Positions 37,921-47,889 of a DNA stretch of 64,000 nt are shown in pieces (the first letter of the stretch is position 1; every line of letters begins with the position of its first letter). The notes under the pieces were generated by a model. It was not told the origin of the DNA, did not search any database, and was given only the letters and a program-made list of their open reading frames with translations. Origin of the DNA: a virus (lineage: Duplodnaviria; Caudoviricetes). Both the position numbers and the translations under genes were made by a program. The stretch is taken from positions 7,301 to 71,300 of IMG/VR virus record IMGVR_UViG_2660237942_000001. One strand, given 5' to 3'.

Positions 37921-39233
37921 TGAACTTTGTACACCGCTATTTGCGTGTTTACGTTAAATGGTCCGGTCACCAAAAACACTTTTTATCATGGGACAAAGCG
38001 CCTAATAATCGATCTATTGAAATGACCTCACCATTTACTACCGGCGTTAATCCTGACATGAATTCTTTGACCTTATATAACCTTACTAAAGATGAATTTA
38101 ATTACTTTCAAAAAGGCCGGCAAGTTGCGATAACTGCCGGTTTTTATAATTCCGATGCTAGCGCCAAAAATGGTGGCCTTATCACTACTGGAACAATCAA
38201 ATCTATGACACCAATGTCCTTAGACGGTGTAGATCGATCAATTCAAATTAACTTTAATCATTTTCCGGACATTTCAGAAGATGTTATTAAAGTAAAAAAA
38301 GTGACTAAAGTTAGAGTAGCGGTTAAAGCTAGCGCTAGAAAAAAAGCCGGCACGGTTAGTGTTTCGGATTTAATAAGTGCATATAGTAAGGCTAAAACTG
38401 TTGAGTACAAAAAATGGTTGGCTGCCCACCCTAAAGCTACATCACACGAACGAGGAAGAAAGCAAAAAGAATTCACCAAAGCACGTAAAAAATATAATTC
38501 AACAATTAGAAAAAAGCATTCTAAAAAAACAAAAACAAAAAAGGCTCAGGCCCATTATGCTAAGCAAGTTCATTACGCTAATCTTTCGTACAAAAAAGGG
38601 ACCAAAGCGTCGACTATCATTAAAGATATTGCAAAGCGGGCGCATATCCCATTAGGCGCTGTGAAACTTAATTACGATCATAAATACGCTAATGGTTTTA
38701 CCGTCAGTGGCAAGCCATTAAGCGCTATTAAAAAAGTCGCTGATGGTGCTAACACTGACATAGTGATCGAAGGTAGCAAACTTTATATTCGTGAAATAAC
38801 TACCGGTCAGAAAGCCACGTTGAAATTGAACCCAGAAACGGGCTTAATTAGTCATCCAACGCCTTCAGATGACGGTGCATATGATGGCCAAAAATTCGAA
38901 GCTCAAGCTCTTATGCGGAAAGAAGTCAGGGTTGGAGCGTTAGTTTATATCGATGATGGGGTTAAAAATTACGGTAAATGCGTGATTCTTAGCGGTCAAC
39001 GAGAATATACGACTTCAACTAGTACCGTTACTTTTCAATTCGTTCCGTACAATGCTTATAAAAAAGCTAATGCGGCCAGCCTTAAGAAAGCTAAAGCTAA
39101 TGCCGCTAAAGACAAAGCCAAGGCTAAGCTCAAAGAAAAAAATGATCGTGCGAAAGACAAAGTTAAAAAGGATGCTACTAGAAAAAAACGTAGGAAACGA
39201 AAAACAAAGAAGAAAGGAGACGGCAAGAAGTGA
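37920..39233 (+). CDS. Baseplate hub protein with Lys-rich insertions
   Basis: LTLYNL...ITAGFY...LNPETGLISHP. Confidence 0.7.
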   Translation: MNFVHRYLRVYVKWSGHQKHFLSWDKAPNNRSIEMTSPFTTGVNPDMNSLTLYNLTKDEFNYFQKGRQVAITAGFYNSDASAKNGGLITTGTIKSMTPMSLDGVDRSIQINFNHFPDISEDVIKVKKVTKVRVAVKASARKKAGTVSVSDLISAYSKAKTVEYKKWLAAHPKATSHERGRKQKEFTKARKKYNSTIRKKHSKKTKTKKAQAHYAKQVHYANLSYKKGTKASTIIKDIAKRAHIPLGAVKLNYDHKYANGFTVSGKPLSAIKKVADGANTDIVIEGSKLYIREITTGQKATLKLNPETGLISHPTPSDDGAYDGQKFEAQALMRKEVRVGALVYIDDGVKNYGKCVILSGQREYTTSTSTVTFQFVPYNAYKKANAASLKKAKANAAKDKAKAKLKEKNDRAKDKVKKDATRKKRRKRKTKKKGDGKK

Positions 39234-39595
39234 AAGCAGGAGAAAACTCATTAGTGCCATTAATTAATTTACTAATTGAAGAACATGATTCCGGCCCTCA
39301 CATATACCGGGGTAGAATCATCTCTACATCACCGTTAACGGTTCAGCCCTCTAATTTAGATTTCGATGGTAGTAAAAAAATGCCAATAGTTGAGTGTGAA
39401 CAACTTGATTTTAGCTTCTATATTAAAGGCTCAGATGATACCGGACACACACGAGAATTAAAAGTGGGCGATGAAGTATTGGTACTGGTCTTTACTGACA
39501 GCATGGAAAATTATTCTAAAGGTAAGGACTTCCGTGAAGATCCACTTAGAAAGAACAGCGTTGATTCCAGCATTATTGTGGGGGTGGTCAAGTGA
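39230..39595 (+). CDS. Baseplate spike-like protein
   Basis: LKVGDEVLVLVF; position after the hub. Confidence 0.65.
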   Translation: MKAGENSLVPLINLLIEEHDSGPHIYRGRIISTSPLTVQPSNLDFDGSKKMPIVECEQLDFSFYIKGSDDTGHTRELKVGDEVLVLVFTDSMENYSKGKDFREDPLRKNSVDSSIIVGVVK

Positions 39596-39975
39596 GTACG
39601 GATGTAAGGCTTGATGAAAATGGTAACCCTAACTTGAGTAATGGCAAAGACTACGTTACTGGGGTTGATGAGCTACGACAATCGTTAGAAATGAGATTAC
39701 TCTCTCAAGTTGGCTGGGCTGTAGATGATGTCGATTTTGGTGTTGAGTGGTTGGATTTCTTCGGTGAGTTTCAGGATGCTGATTTAGCTGCTAACAAAAT
39801 AGCTGAAGCACTAGAAGAAGATGACCGTGTTGCTGTTGTCACTGATGTAACTGTAGACCCAGACTACAAAACCAGAAAAGCAATGATTAAAGTAACTATG
39901 CAATTATCTGACAGTGATTTGATAGCTGATAACGGTGATCCAAACTTAGATTTCAATACATCGATTACCATTTAA
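39592..39975 (+). CDS. Baseplate wedge (gp25/gp46-like) protein
   Basis: ELRQSLEMRL...FGVEWL. Confidence 0.7.
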   Translation: MSTDVRLDENGNPNLSNGKDYVTGVDELRQSLEMRLLSQVGWAVDDVDFGVEWLDFFGEFQDADLAANKIAEALEEDDRVAVVTDVTVDPDYKTRKAMIKVTMQLSDSDLIADNGDPNLDFNTSITI

Positions 39976-39989
39976 GGAGGTGAGAATGT

Positions 39990-41159
39990 TTGCCATTATT
40001 AGAAACAGGATTTGAACCATGGGACTACTACCAGTGGCTTGATTCCTTACAAACTAGTCTAAGAGCTGACCCGGAAATAGGTAATGATATTGACCTATCT
40101 ACGGGTTCTTTTTATGAAAATATGGCCGAATCATTGGCTAGACAACTGGCACAATCGGATTTAACTAAACTAGATGTATACGACTCAAGATTTGTTTCCC
40201 TAGCTGAAAATATTTCTTTAGATCGACTTGCTAGTAACTACGGTATCTCACGTAATGTGGCCAATTATGCAACTACAACTTTAACAATTAAAGGAACTCC
40301 GGGCTATGTCATTGATGCTGAGTCTATGTTTAGTAATAATCAAGATATGATCTACCTAACGGACTCCGAAGTTACTATTGGTTTAGATGGAACCATAACA
40401 GTTAGAGTTTATGCTGAAGATACTGGTGAAGAATATAACTGTGATGCTAATACCATAATTAACCAAGTGATGTATGTAGAAGAAATTGAAGAAGTGACCA
40501 ATCTTGAAGCAGCATCTGGTGGAGCAGACATGGAAACTGATTATGATTTGCGGGCCAGAATTAAGTTAGCTCAAAAGAGTGTTAGTTCCTCAACTCCTAA
40601 TGGGGTAGCATCGGCGTTATTTAGCATTGCTGGCGTTAAAAGTGTTCGATATGTAGTTAACGCTGCAGCAACAACCAATAGTGCCGGAGATCCGCCTTAT
40701 ACCACACATATTTATGTGCTAGGTGGAGAACGGCAAGCCATCGCTCAGACAATTTCAGATAATATTGCATTAGGAATCACTTTAACTGGTACAGAAAAAA
40801 TTGATATTCCACTAGATAATGGCGACGTTAATCACGTCGCTTTTTCTGTGGGCTCAAGTCAAACTATCTATATGCATATTGCTGTTGAATTTTCACAGGT
40901 TGATGATACTACTCAAGACGAAATAATAGCTGATATTCGCGATAATATACAAGTTTGGCTAGATTCGTTTTCTATGGGTGAAACACTTAAATACACTCAA
41001 CTTTTTGGCATTATTTATGATGTTGAAGGCGTAAATGATGTAGTGGATTTAACCTGGGGAACTGAACAATCCAGTCTAGGACGCACAAACATTGAATTGA
41101 CTGATTTTGCAACTGCAATTACTAATGATGATGCAATCGAGGTGGTAGCCAGTGACTAA
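39990..41159 (+). CDS. Baseplate J/gp47-family protein
   Basis: SLDRLASNYGISR...SGGADMETDYDLRARI. Confidence 0.9.
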   Translation: MPLLETGFEPWDYYQWLDSLQTSLRADPEIGNDIDLSTGSFYENMAESLARQLAQSDLTKLDVYDSRFVSLAENISLDRLASNYGISRNVANYATTTLTIKGTPGYVIDAESMFSNNQDMIYLTDSEVTIGLDGTITVRVYAEDTGEEYNCDANTIINQVMYVEEIEEVTNLEAASGGADMETDYDLRARIKLAQKSVSSSTPNGVASALFSIAGVKSVRYVVNAAATTNSAGDPPYTTHIYVLGGERQAIAQTISDNIALGITLTGTEKIDIPLDNGDVNHVAFSVGSSQTIYMHIAVEFSQVDDTTQDEIIADIRDNIQVWLDSFSMGETLKYTQLFGIIYDVEGVNDVVDLTWGTEQSSLGRTNIELTDFATAITNDDAIEVVASD

Positions 41160-41862
41160 ATCGGATTTTGAACTATATCACGAAGATGAAGTTTTATCGA
41201 TACCAACTAACCGTATTAATACGACTCCAGGAAGTCCTACAGAAAGACTTATGAGGGTCTTTGATAAATTTATTTATGACGATATGCAAGATGCTGAAAA
41301 TATCGCTAAATTAAGTGATTTAAATAATGCGGTCGGTGGTCAATTAGATGACATTGGTGATGATTTTGACTTGCCTAGGCTAGGAAAGCCAGATGATTTA
41401 TATCGATTTCTGTTAAAAATGAAATCAGTTAATCGAAGTTCTCAATCCACCTTTAATGATTTGATTCGCCTAGTAGCTGCTACATTTGATATTGATAAAA
41501 CAGAAGTTCAAGTTAGAAATGATTATCAAATTCAAGAAGATGGAACTGCTAAAGGCGATCCATTTCATGTTTCAGTAGAAGATTTACCGCTAGATAATAT
41601 TGAACATCCAGAAATCGTTCAACTTTTTATCGATGAAATCCAAAATGCTTTAGCGCTTGGAGTTACCTTATCTAGAGTAACTTTTCAAACTAGCTTACCG
41701 AGTGATATTTATGTAGGAACTGCACTAGTGACAATGAATGTTGTTGAGCTAGAAAGTGATGTTAATACTGAAATCATTGAACATGAACTAACTAATACAA
41801 ATTACATGAGATCGGCACAAACTATTTCTACAGTTTATGAAATCGAAAGCGAGGAGGTATGA
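41152..41862 (+). CDS. Baseplate wedge (gpI/DUF2612-like) protein
   Basis: AVGGQLDDIG...DDLYRFLLK. Confidence 0.75.
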   Translation: MTKSDFELYHEDEVLSIPTNRINTTPGSPTERLMRVFDKFIYDDMQDAENIAKLSDLNNAVGGQLDDIGDDFDLPRLGKPDDLYRFLLKMKSVNRSSQSTFNDLIRLVAATFDIDKTEVQVRNDYQIQEDGTAKGDPFHVSVEDLPLDNIEHPEIVQLFIDEIQNALALGVTLSRVTFQTSLPSDIYVGTALVTMNVVELESDVNTEIIEHELTNTNYMRSAQTISTVYEIESEEV

Positions 41863-43267
41863 AATGGCAAAATGGAATAAAATTGTTATTACTAATGCTG
41901 GATACCAATTATCAGCCGCAACCTTAGCCGGAAACACAATCCGCTACACACGCGCTCAAACAACCGATAAGGATATGAGCGGATTAACGTCAGAACAATT
42001 AAAAGAAATTACTAAGTTAGAAAGTGTAGTCCAAGATTTACCCCTTGGAACAGTTTCAGTACAAGATGATCACACTGTAAATGTTCCAATCAAGGTAATG
42101 AATAGCGATTTGCAAGAAGATTACTTACTATATGGTATTGCCATTTTTGCAAAAATTGAAGGTGGAGAAGAAATTCTATATGGAATCGCCACCTCGGTAA
42201 ATCCGGATTTGATCCCAGCTCAAAATGGTTCTACAGTTGTTGGTACAACTTTTAAAGTTAAATTACATGTTGGTGATGCGGCTAACGTAACTATTGTTGT
42301 CTCTCCGGATGGATCTGTTTCTAATGAGGAATTAGAAAGTATCCTTTCCAACTATGTTTTAAAAACAAATATTGATGAAATGATTCCGGATACCTTAACT
42401 GACTCAACTAAAGCAGAACACATCACTGGTCCGTGGGACTTCGAGAAGGTACCAACAGTGAATGATGCTGATGTTGCCACCAAAAATGATTTAAAAAACT
42501 ACATCGATAAAGATAGTTTGTTAATTGGTGGAAGAAATTACTTTTTAAATAGTGATTTTTCTAAAGGACTAGATAACTGGCTAGGAGATTTATGGAAAAT
42601 TGATTCAACCACTTTCCATGGCGATGGGGTAGTTACTGCAACTCCAACTAAAGCAGCGGTGACTGGCGAAAATTCCATTAATCAAGATTTTATGTCTGCC
42701 ATATCGAATCAAACGGTCATTGTATCTTTCTGGGCCAAAGCGAGCGTTACCGGGGCTAACTTTCATCTGGAAGCTCATGGAGGTTACAGCAAGACAGATC
42801 TTAGATTAACTAAAGACTGGAAACGCTACTCTTACAAGTTGACTCTAGGCGATACTGGCAGAGTCTATATCATCGCAGTTGATGCTGGTACTCAGTACTG
42901 GCTATCAGAACCTCAAATTGAACTTGGCGATTTTTCAACGGACTACAGTCCAAATCCAGATGATAATATTTTACCGGAAAACGTTTTAACCGCAGACAAT
43001 ATTGCTGATTCTTTGCCAAGCGATTTAGTTTACTCGGACAAAGATGTTACTGTTAGTGGACAATTTACTTTTGACAAAGCACCTAAACTCTCTAATGGAG
43101 CGACTTTATCTACGTCTGATGATGCTCAAAAACTAGTGGATCAGATTGCTGATTTAAAGGGGCAAATTGATGCTCAAATGAAGTGGGTTACCATATCACA
43201 GGCCGATTATGATACTACCAAAGCAAATGGAGCTTTGGATTCTGGGACGGCATATTTAATTTACTAA
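41861..43267 (+). CDS. Tail fibre protein with a carbohydrate-binding-like module
   Basis: MAKWNKIVITNAG N-terminus; GGRNYFLNSDF CBM-like segment. Confidence 0.8.
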   Translation, partial: EMAKWNKIVITNAGYQLSAATLAGNTIRYTRAQTTDKDMSGLTSEQLKEITKLESVVQDLPLGTVSVQDDHTVNVPIKVMNSDLQEDYLLYGIAIFAKIEGGEEILYGIATSVNPDLIPAQNGSTVVGTTFKVKLHVGDAANVTIVVSPDGSVSNEELESILSNYVLKTNIDEMIPDTLTDSTKAEHITGPWDFEKVPTVNDADVATKNDLKNYIDKDSLLIGGRNYFLNSDFSKGLDNWLGDLWKIDSTTFHGDGVVTATPTKAAVTGENSINQDFMSAISNQTVIVSFWAKASVTGANFHLEAHGGYSKTDLRLTKDWKRYSYKLTLGDTGRVYIIAVDAGTQYWLSEPQIELGDFSTDYSPNPDDNILPENVLTADNIADSLPSDLVYSDKDVTVSGQFTFDKAPKLSNGATLSTSDDAQKLVDQIADLKGQIDAQMKWVTISQADYDTTKANGALDSGTAYLIY

Positions 43268-43278
43268 GGGGGACAATA

Positions 43279-43749
43279 ATGGCGATCATTAATAATGAGC
43301 ATCAAATTACTAAGATTAGTGTTGGCGACAAAATCATTATGGATACAACTAAATCGGATGGTTGGATTAAACTAGACCACGCTGATAATTTAATTACTGA
43401 CTCATTAATTCTTTTTAGAGATAACGGTGATGGCACGGCTAGTATAACAGGTGGAATTAAATTTTCTGGTGATACTGATAATAGCATTACAGTAGTTAAT
43501 CCACCGGATGGTTACAATTTTACAGGAGCAAAAAATGATAATGTACCTTTCAATTTTGAAAAGAGCAGTGGGCCAAGAAAAGCAAAGACTAGTATTGTTA
43601 ATGGGAAACTCGTTGTTACACCCGTAGATTCTATGAATTATAGTTGGGACGATTGGAATACAATTTTATCTCTTTCGGCATACAGCGTTGACTGTCCTAG
43701 TTTTAATGGTATTCATCCTTATTTAACAGTGAACATTTCAAAATTATAG
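43279..43749 (+). CDS. Putative receptor-binding / fibre-tip protein 1
   Basis: Follows the fibre; N-terminus ITKISVGDKIIMD. Confidence 0.55.
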   Translation: MAIINNEHQITKISVGDKIIMDTTKSDGWIKLDHADNLITDSLILFRDNGDGTASITGGIKFSGDTDNSITVVNPPDGYNFTGAKNDNVPFNFEKSSGPRKAKTSIVNGKLVVTPVDSMNYSWDDWNTILSLSAYSVDCPSFNGIHPYLTVNISKL

Positions 43750-43849
43750 AAGGATAAAAATGAGAAAAAATAGAAATACTCTAATTATTTTTTTGGGGGG
43801 CTAGAAACCCGTCCCTATAGTCCTTCTAACCACTTTCTAATTTTAGGAG

Positions 43850-44299
43850 GTGGTTATTTTGGCTATTAATATCGGTGACAAAGAAATATCGAAAATCTAT
43901 TTTGGCGATAAATTAATCATAGATGCCAATAAAGTTAATGGTGTTGGTCTTATTACGGGATCTACAGAAATTATAAGTGAGTTCAGATTGTCTTATATCG
44001 ATAATGTACAAGATAAAACAATCTCTATTACGTATACAGGATATATTGTGGATTCCCTTCCAGATACATTAAATTTGGGAAGCTGTTTAAACGTTGCGGA
44101 TTTAACCAGTATTTTAAGCGGTAAAACTATCAAAAGTATTTCAATGTCCGCAAATTTAGTCGGTGGAAGCAATACAGTTCTTTGTAGAATATCTCCAGAT
44201 ACTAATTATCTTCAAATGAAAAATTTAAGTTTGCAAGCTCAAGTGGTGACATATGCACCGATGCACTATGGAAAAATGGCAGAAATTTATTATGAATGA
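43850..44299 (+). CDS. Putative receptor-binding / fibre-tip protein 2
   Basis: N-terminus ISKIYFGDKLIID similar to the previous gene. Confidence 0.55.
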   Translation: MVILAINIGDKEISKIYFGDKLIIDANKVNGVGLITGSTEIISEFRLSYIDNVQDKTISITYTGYIVDSLPDTLNLGSCLNVADLTSILSGKTIKSISMSANLVGGSNTVLCRISPDTNYLQMKNLSLQAQVVTYAPMHYGKMAEIYYE

Positions 44300-44311
44300 G
44301 GAGGTGCCACG

Positions 44312-44752
44312 ATGGCACAATACTATGTACAACTAGATAGCAATCGTTATATTACAAAGGTTCAATCAGAGCTTAGTTCAACGGATAAAGATTTTATCCA
44401 TATTTACGTCCCAACCCAATTCGATGAAGTCTTTGGCGAAACCTGGGACAAATGGGGCGTAAACGAGTTGGGTACACCAATCCACGGATGGCTACCACCA
44501 ATCACCCGTAAAGATTTCAGCGATCAAGTAGATGATCTCGATGGCAAACTAGCAACAGCTAGCCAAACGATCTCGGATCAAACTAAAAAGATCAATGAAC
44601 AGCAACAGACTATCACAGATCAAGGTACCAGCATCGATACTTTGACTACTGACAATACCACCTTAAAGAAGATGGCGGCTGGTTTGACCATGCAAATTGC
44701 CCAACTTCAAGCAGCGGTTACCCCAGTAGAAACTCCAAAGGAAGGTGAATAA
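44312..44752 (+). CDS. Coiled-coil tail-associated protein
   Basis: YYVQLDSNRYIT N-terminus; heptad C-terminus; precedes XkdX. Confidence 0.6.
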   Translation: MAQYYVQLDSNRYITKVQSELSSTDKDFIHIYVPTQFDEVFGETWDKWGVNELGTPIHGWLPPITRKDFSDQVDDLDGKLATASQTISDQTKKINEQQQTITDQGTSIDTLTTDNTTLKKMAAGLTMQIAQLQAAVTPVETPKEGE

Positions 44753-44754
44753 TC

Positions 44755-44901
44755 ATGGATATGTACGCAATGATTCAAATGTTAGCTTCAATGGGTATGC
44801 TTACTGACGAAGACGCTATGGAGTATGTTCGAATCGGAACTATCACAGAAGATCAATATAAAGACCTTATGGGCAAAGAATACGTGGCGCCAACTGCTTA
44901 G
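44755..44901 (+). CDS. XkdX-family small protein
   Basis: YVRIGTITEDQYKDLMGKEY. Confidence 0.8.
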   Translation: MDMYAMIQMLASMGMLTDEDAMEYVRIGTITEDQYKDLMGKEYVAPTA

Positions 44902-44912
44902 GAGGCCAGGTT

Positions 44913-45293
44913 ATGAATTACCTTTTTTATAAAATTAAGCAAAATCCTTTTCATGTAACTATCGGGTTAACCATGTTACTGACTGGGATTTTTTTAATTA
45001 CCCACGATCGTTATTTTAAGTGGCCGCCAATGGCAGTGGGCTTTTTTAATGACGATATTATTGGCGGGCTGTTTAGCTTAGTCGGAACAGCGATGATTGT
45101 TTGGGCGTTATGGAAAAGACAATCTACCACTATTGATCACATCATTTTAATTGTTGCTAGCATGTTGATGATGTTGCTAACAGCGTACCAATTTCTACAC
45201 TGGGTCATTTTAGGGTTAGATATGCCGTGGATTTCTAATCTCGGCTTAACCCTCATCATCAATATTCTAGCGTATCGGAGTGATGCAAGTTGA
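44913..45293 (+). CDS. Four-TM membrane protein (lysis region)
   Basis: Four hydrophobic segments. Confidence 0.65.
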   Translation: MNYLFYKIKQNPFHVTIGLTMLLTGIFLITHDRYFKWPPMAVGFFNDDIIGGLFSLVGTAMIVWALWKRQSTTIDHIILIVASMLMMLLTAYQFLHWVILGLDMPWISNLGLTLIINILAYRSDAS

Positions 45294-45514
45294 ACCAACT
45301 ATGGAGCCAGATCATTCCTCTTGTACCAACGATTATCACGGGATTTTGGACTTATCATTTAAGCCGACAAAAATCACAGCACCAAAAGGAACAAGATGAT
45401 GTGGATTCTTGGCGGACGTTGTACACGGAAATGAAGACCAGGGCCGAAAATGCCGAAGCACGAGCCGATAAATTACAAGCTGAAATTGATGAGTTAAGAA
45501 AGAAGGAAACATAA
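45290..45514 (+). CDS. TM plus coiled-coil lysis-region protein
   Basis: N-terminal TM followed by a coiled coil. Confidence 0.6.
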   Translation: MNQLWSQIIPLVPTIITGFWTYHLSRQKSQHQKEQDDVDSWRTLYTEMKTRAENAEARADKLQAEIDELRKKET

Positions 45515-45810
45515 TGGATATTGTAGAACTGTTAAATCAAGTGAACGCAAATGTGGTGATGACCATTTTTGTAGTGACCTACGTAATTGTAGGAACTTTA
45601 AAAGTAACGCCATACTTTAACAAAAACCAATATCTTCCTATTGTAGCGTTGTTTGTTGGTATGATTTGTGGCGCTATCTGGGGTGGTTATAGTCCATCAA
45701 CCGGACTCTTAGTCGGTGTTGCTGACGGTATTCTCGCCGGTGGATTTGCATCAGCTGGCGGACATGAGTTGATTAGCTCAATTTCAGAATTAATCGGGAG
45801 GGGCAAATAA
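45514..45810 (+). CDS. Holin
   Basis: NQYLPIVALFVG...GILAGGFASAGG; directly before the lysin. Confidence 0.8.
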   Translation: MDIVELLNQVNANVVMTIFVVTYVIVGTLKVTPYFNKNQYLPIVALFVGMICGAIWGGYSPSTGLLVGVADGILAGGFASAGGHELISSISELIGRGK

Positions 45811-46802
45811 TGAGTTATCCTATTAATAAGTCTTACGCTCTAAGTGGCTCACAAGGCGATTCACGGATTGCGTCTAAAAACTACATCATTATCCATGATA
45901 CCGGTAACGATAATAACAAAGGGTCAAATTCAGCTGGCAACGAAGCAAGTTACATGAAAGGTCATTGGCAAGCTGCTTATACTCACTTCATCGTGGATGA
46001 CAAAAATATCTTCCAAGTAGGTGAACCCGGTTACGTTGCATGGGGTGCTTTAGATGCTAACCCTTACTCACCAATGCAAGTGGAACTAGCTCATGTGGAT
46101 AGTCAAGCACGGTTCAACGAAAGTTATAAGCGTTACATCTGGTTAATTCGCAAGTATGCTACTAAATATGGCATTCCCTTAACCTTAGACGGAGCTGGAA
46201 CAGGTGTTAAAACTCATCAATGGGTCACTAACAATTATGGTGGGGATCACGTTGACCCTTATGGATACCTCGCTAAATGGGGCATTAGTAAGAGTCAACT
46301 AGCTCACGATATTAAGTATGGCTTGAGCGGCTCAGAATCCACCACAGCTAAGCCATCTAAACCTAAGAAGGCTGAATACTTTAACTGGACGCCTTATAAA
46401 ATTTACGCTAAGAAGCAAGTAGCAGCTTATGCCAAAGCTTCTCAAGTGGGTTCTGGTAAGAACGTTAAAAAGATCTATAAGCCCAAAGCAGTAATGGAAG
46501 TTGCCAAACTTGAAGGTCACCGTTTCAAACTAATCGATGGCACTTACGTAACCGCTAATAAAGACTATGTTAATAATCTTTATTACCTGCCTAAATCAAA
46601 GATCAAGCAAGTGCGATCAGTTGCTGCAAAAGGCAGTGGCCGGTATGATGACATCAAGTTTAACCACAAGAACGCTCATTTCCCTAAGGGAACGTACTTT
46701 GACATCGTTAAAGTTATGCCATATGGCAAAGCGTCACGCTTCTTGTTAGCTAATGGAGACTACATCAGTGCTAACAAACTCGTAAACAAAATAGTAAAAT
46801 AA
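45810..46802 (+). CDS. Endolysin, N-acetylmuramoyl-L-alanine amidase (Amidase_2)
   Basis: IIIHDTGN...AYTHFIVD...QVEL...KTHQW...DHVDP. Confidence 0.92.
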   Translation: MSYPINKSYALSGSQGDSRIASKNYIIIHDTGNDNNKGSNSAGNEASYMKGHWQAAYTHFIVDDKNIFQVGEPGYVAWGALDANPYSPMQVELAHVDSQARFNESYKRYIWLIRKYATKYGIPLTLDGAGTGVKTHQWVTNNYGGDHVDPYGYLAKWGISKSQLAHDIKYGLSGSESTTAKPSKPKKAEYFNWTPYKIYAKKQVAAYAKASQVGSGKNVKKIYKPKAVMEVAKLEGHRFKLIDGTYVTANKDYVNNLYYLPKSKIKQVRSVAAKGSGRYDDIKFNHKNAHFPKGTYFDIVKVMPYGKASRFLLANGDYISANKLVNKIVK

Positions 46803-46847
46803 GGACATCTAGAGAATTCTAGGTATGTAAACCTTATAACCCAAAGA

Positions 46848-46879
46848 AACCCTCAACCGTAATGGTTGGGGGCTTTTTT
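46848..46879 (+). terminator. Terminator after the lysin
   Basis: CCCTCAACC-GTAAT-GGTTGGGGG followed by a T-run. Confidence 0.75.
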
Positions 46880-46900
46880 GTTTGAAGTAAATGAAAATTA

Positions 46901-46929
46901 TTGAATGCACTAAACGAGTATGTTATGAT
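46901..46929 (+). promoter_or_regulatory. Sigma70-like promoter of the toxin-antitoxin-chaperone operon
   Basis: TTGAAT-17 bp-TATGAT with TG extension. Confidence 0.6.
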
Positions 46930-46973
46930 TTACCACGGTTTAGTTTTAGTAGTTATTATGAAAGTAAAGGTGT

Positions 46974-47570
46974 TTGATATTGTGTAGTGAGGTATCATTT
47001 CATCTCTATCATGGAACTTATGAAGAGAATGCCAATAAAATACGAGAAAAAGGCTTTGATGCTATTTATTTTCCGAATGTTGGACAGATTAATATGGGAA
47101 AAACTCCAAAAGATCCCGGTTCACTGGGATATGGTTTATATTGCTTTGAAAATAGTCGCGAAAATGCTTTTGAATTTGCAAAGGGGTTTCATACAGACTC
47201 TGCACAAGTGATATATTTTAATTTTGTTTCAAACAATGACTATATTCTTGATTTACGTGATTCTGAGGATTTGAAATTATTTAATGAGTGGATAAATGAT
47301 GATAAAAGAAGTAGATTATTTAATGAGTTAAGAAAAAAATATTCAAATAATGGTCATCAAAAATCACTTGATGGAGCTATCCTAGAACTATATATATATG
47401 ATTTAGTGAAAAGGTTTAAGTACGTAACAAAATTAGACGCTGTAGTGGCAAATACACACACTTATTTTAACGATAGTGCTTCTAAAATAACTACATTTCC
47501 CAACGGAGTTGAAGTGTGCATAAGGAACTTAGATGGTATAGATTTGGAAAGTCTTAATGTTTATAATTGA
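46974..47570 (+). CDS. ADP-ribosyltransferase-like toxin (CmdT-like)
   Basis: LYHGT...GSLGYGLYCF...AFEFA...GVEVC, H-Y-E-type ART pattern. Confidence 0.7.
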   Translation: MILCSEVSFHLYHGTYEENANKIREKGFDAIYFPNVGQINMGKTPKDPGSLGYGLYCFENSRENAFEFAKGFHTDSAQVIYFNFVSNNDYILDLRDSEDLKLFNEWINDDKRSRLFNELRKKYSNNGHQKSLDGAILELYIYDLVKRFKYVTKLDAVVANTHTYFNDSASKITTFPNGVEVCIRNLDGIDLESLNVYN

Positions 47571-47619
47571 TTTTCTTTCATATGATATGTTAATGTTAAT
47601 TTAACGAGGAGGTGTTTGT

Positions 47620-47874
47620 ATGGCTAAGTATAATAAATCGTTTGAAGAAATGTCGAAAGCATTTAGTGATTTTTCATCAGAATATGAAAATGATCTTTTA
47701 AAACAATTAGCTGACATGGGATTTTCACTTGACGATGAAATTTACTTTAACACTCCAATAGAACACAATAAAAACAAAATTACTGAAGATGATGATAGTA
47801 TTTTTGTGGTTGAAGATTCATTGAATTTTCCAACTAGTAATATTATTTATACTGATAATATTTTAGCAGCGTAA
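47620..47874 (+). CDS. Putative chaperone-addicted antitoxin (CmdA-like)
   Basis: Small acidic ORF between toxin and SecB; hydrophobic C-terminal strands; ends ILAA. Confidence 0.6.
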   Translation: MAKYNKSFEEMSKAFSDFSSEYENDLLKQLADMGFSLDDEIYFNTPIEHNKNKITEDDDSIFVVEDSLNFPTSNIIYTDNILAA

Positions 47875-47889
47875 AAAAACAAAGAGTGG

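Noticed and set aside
43279-44299. Diversity-generating retroelement or shufflon at the fibre tip
   Set aside because: No reverse transcriptase, TR/VR pair, invertase or inverted crossover sites in the window
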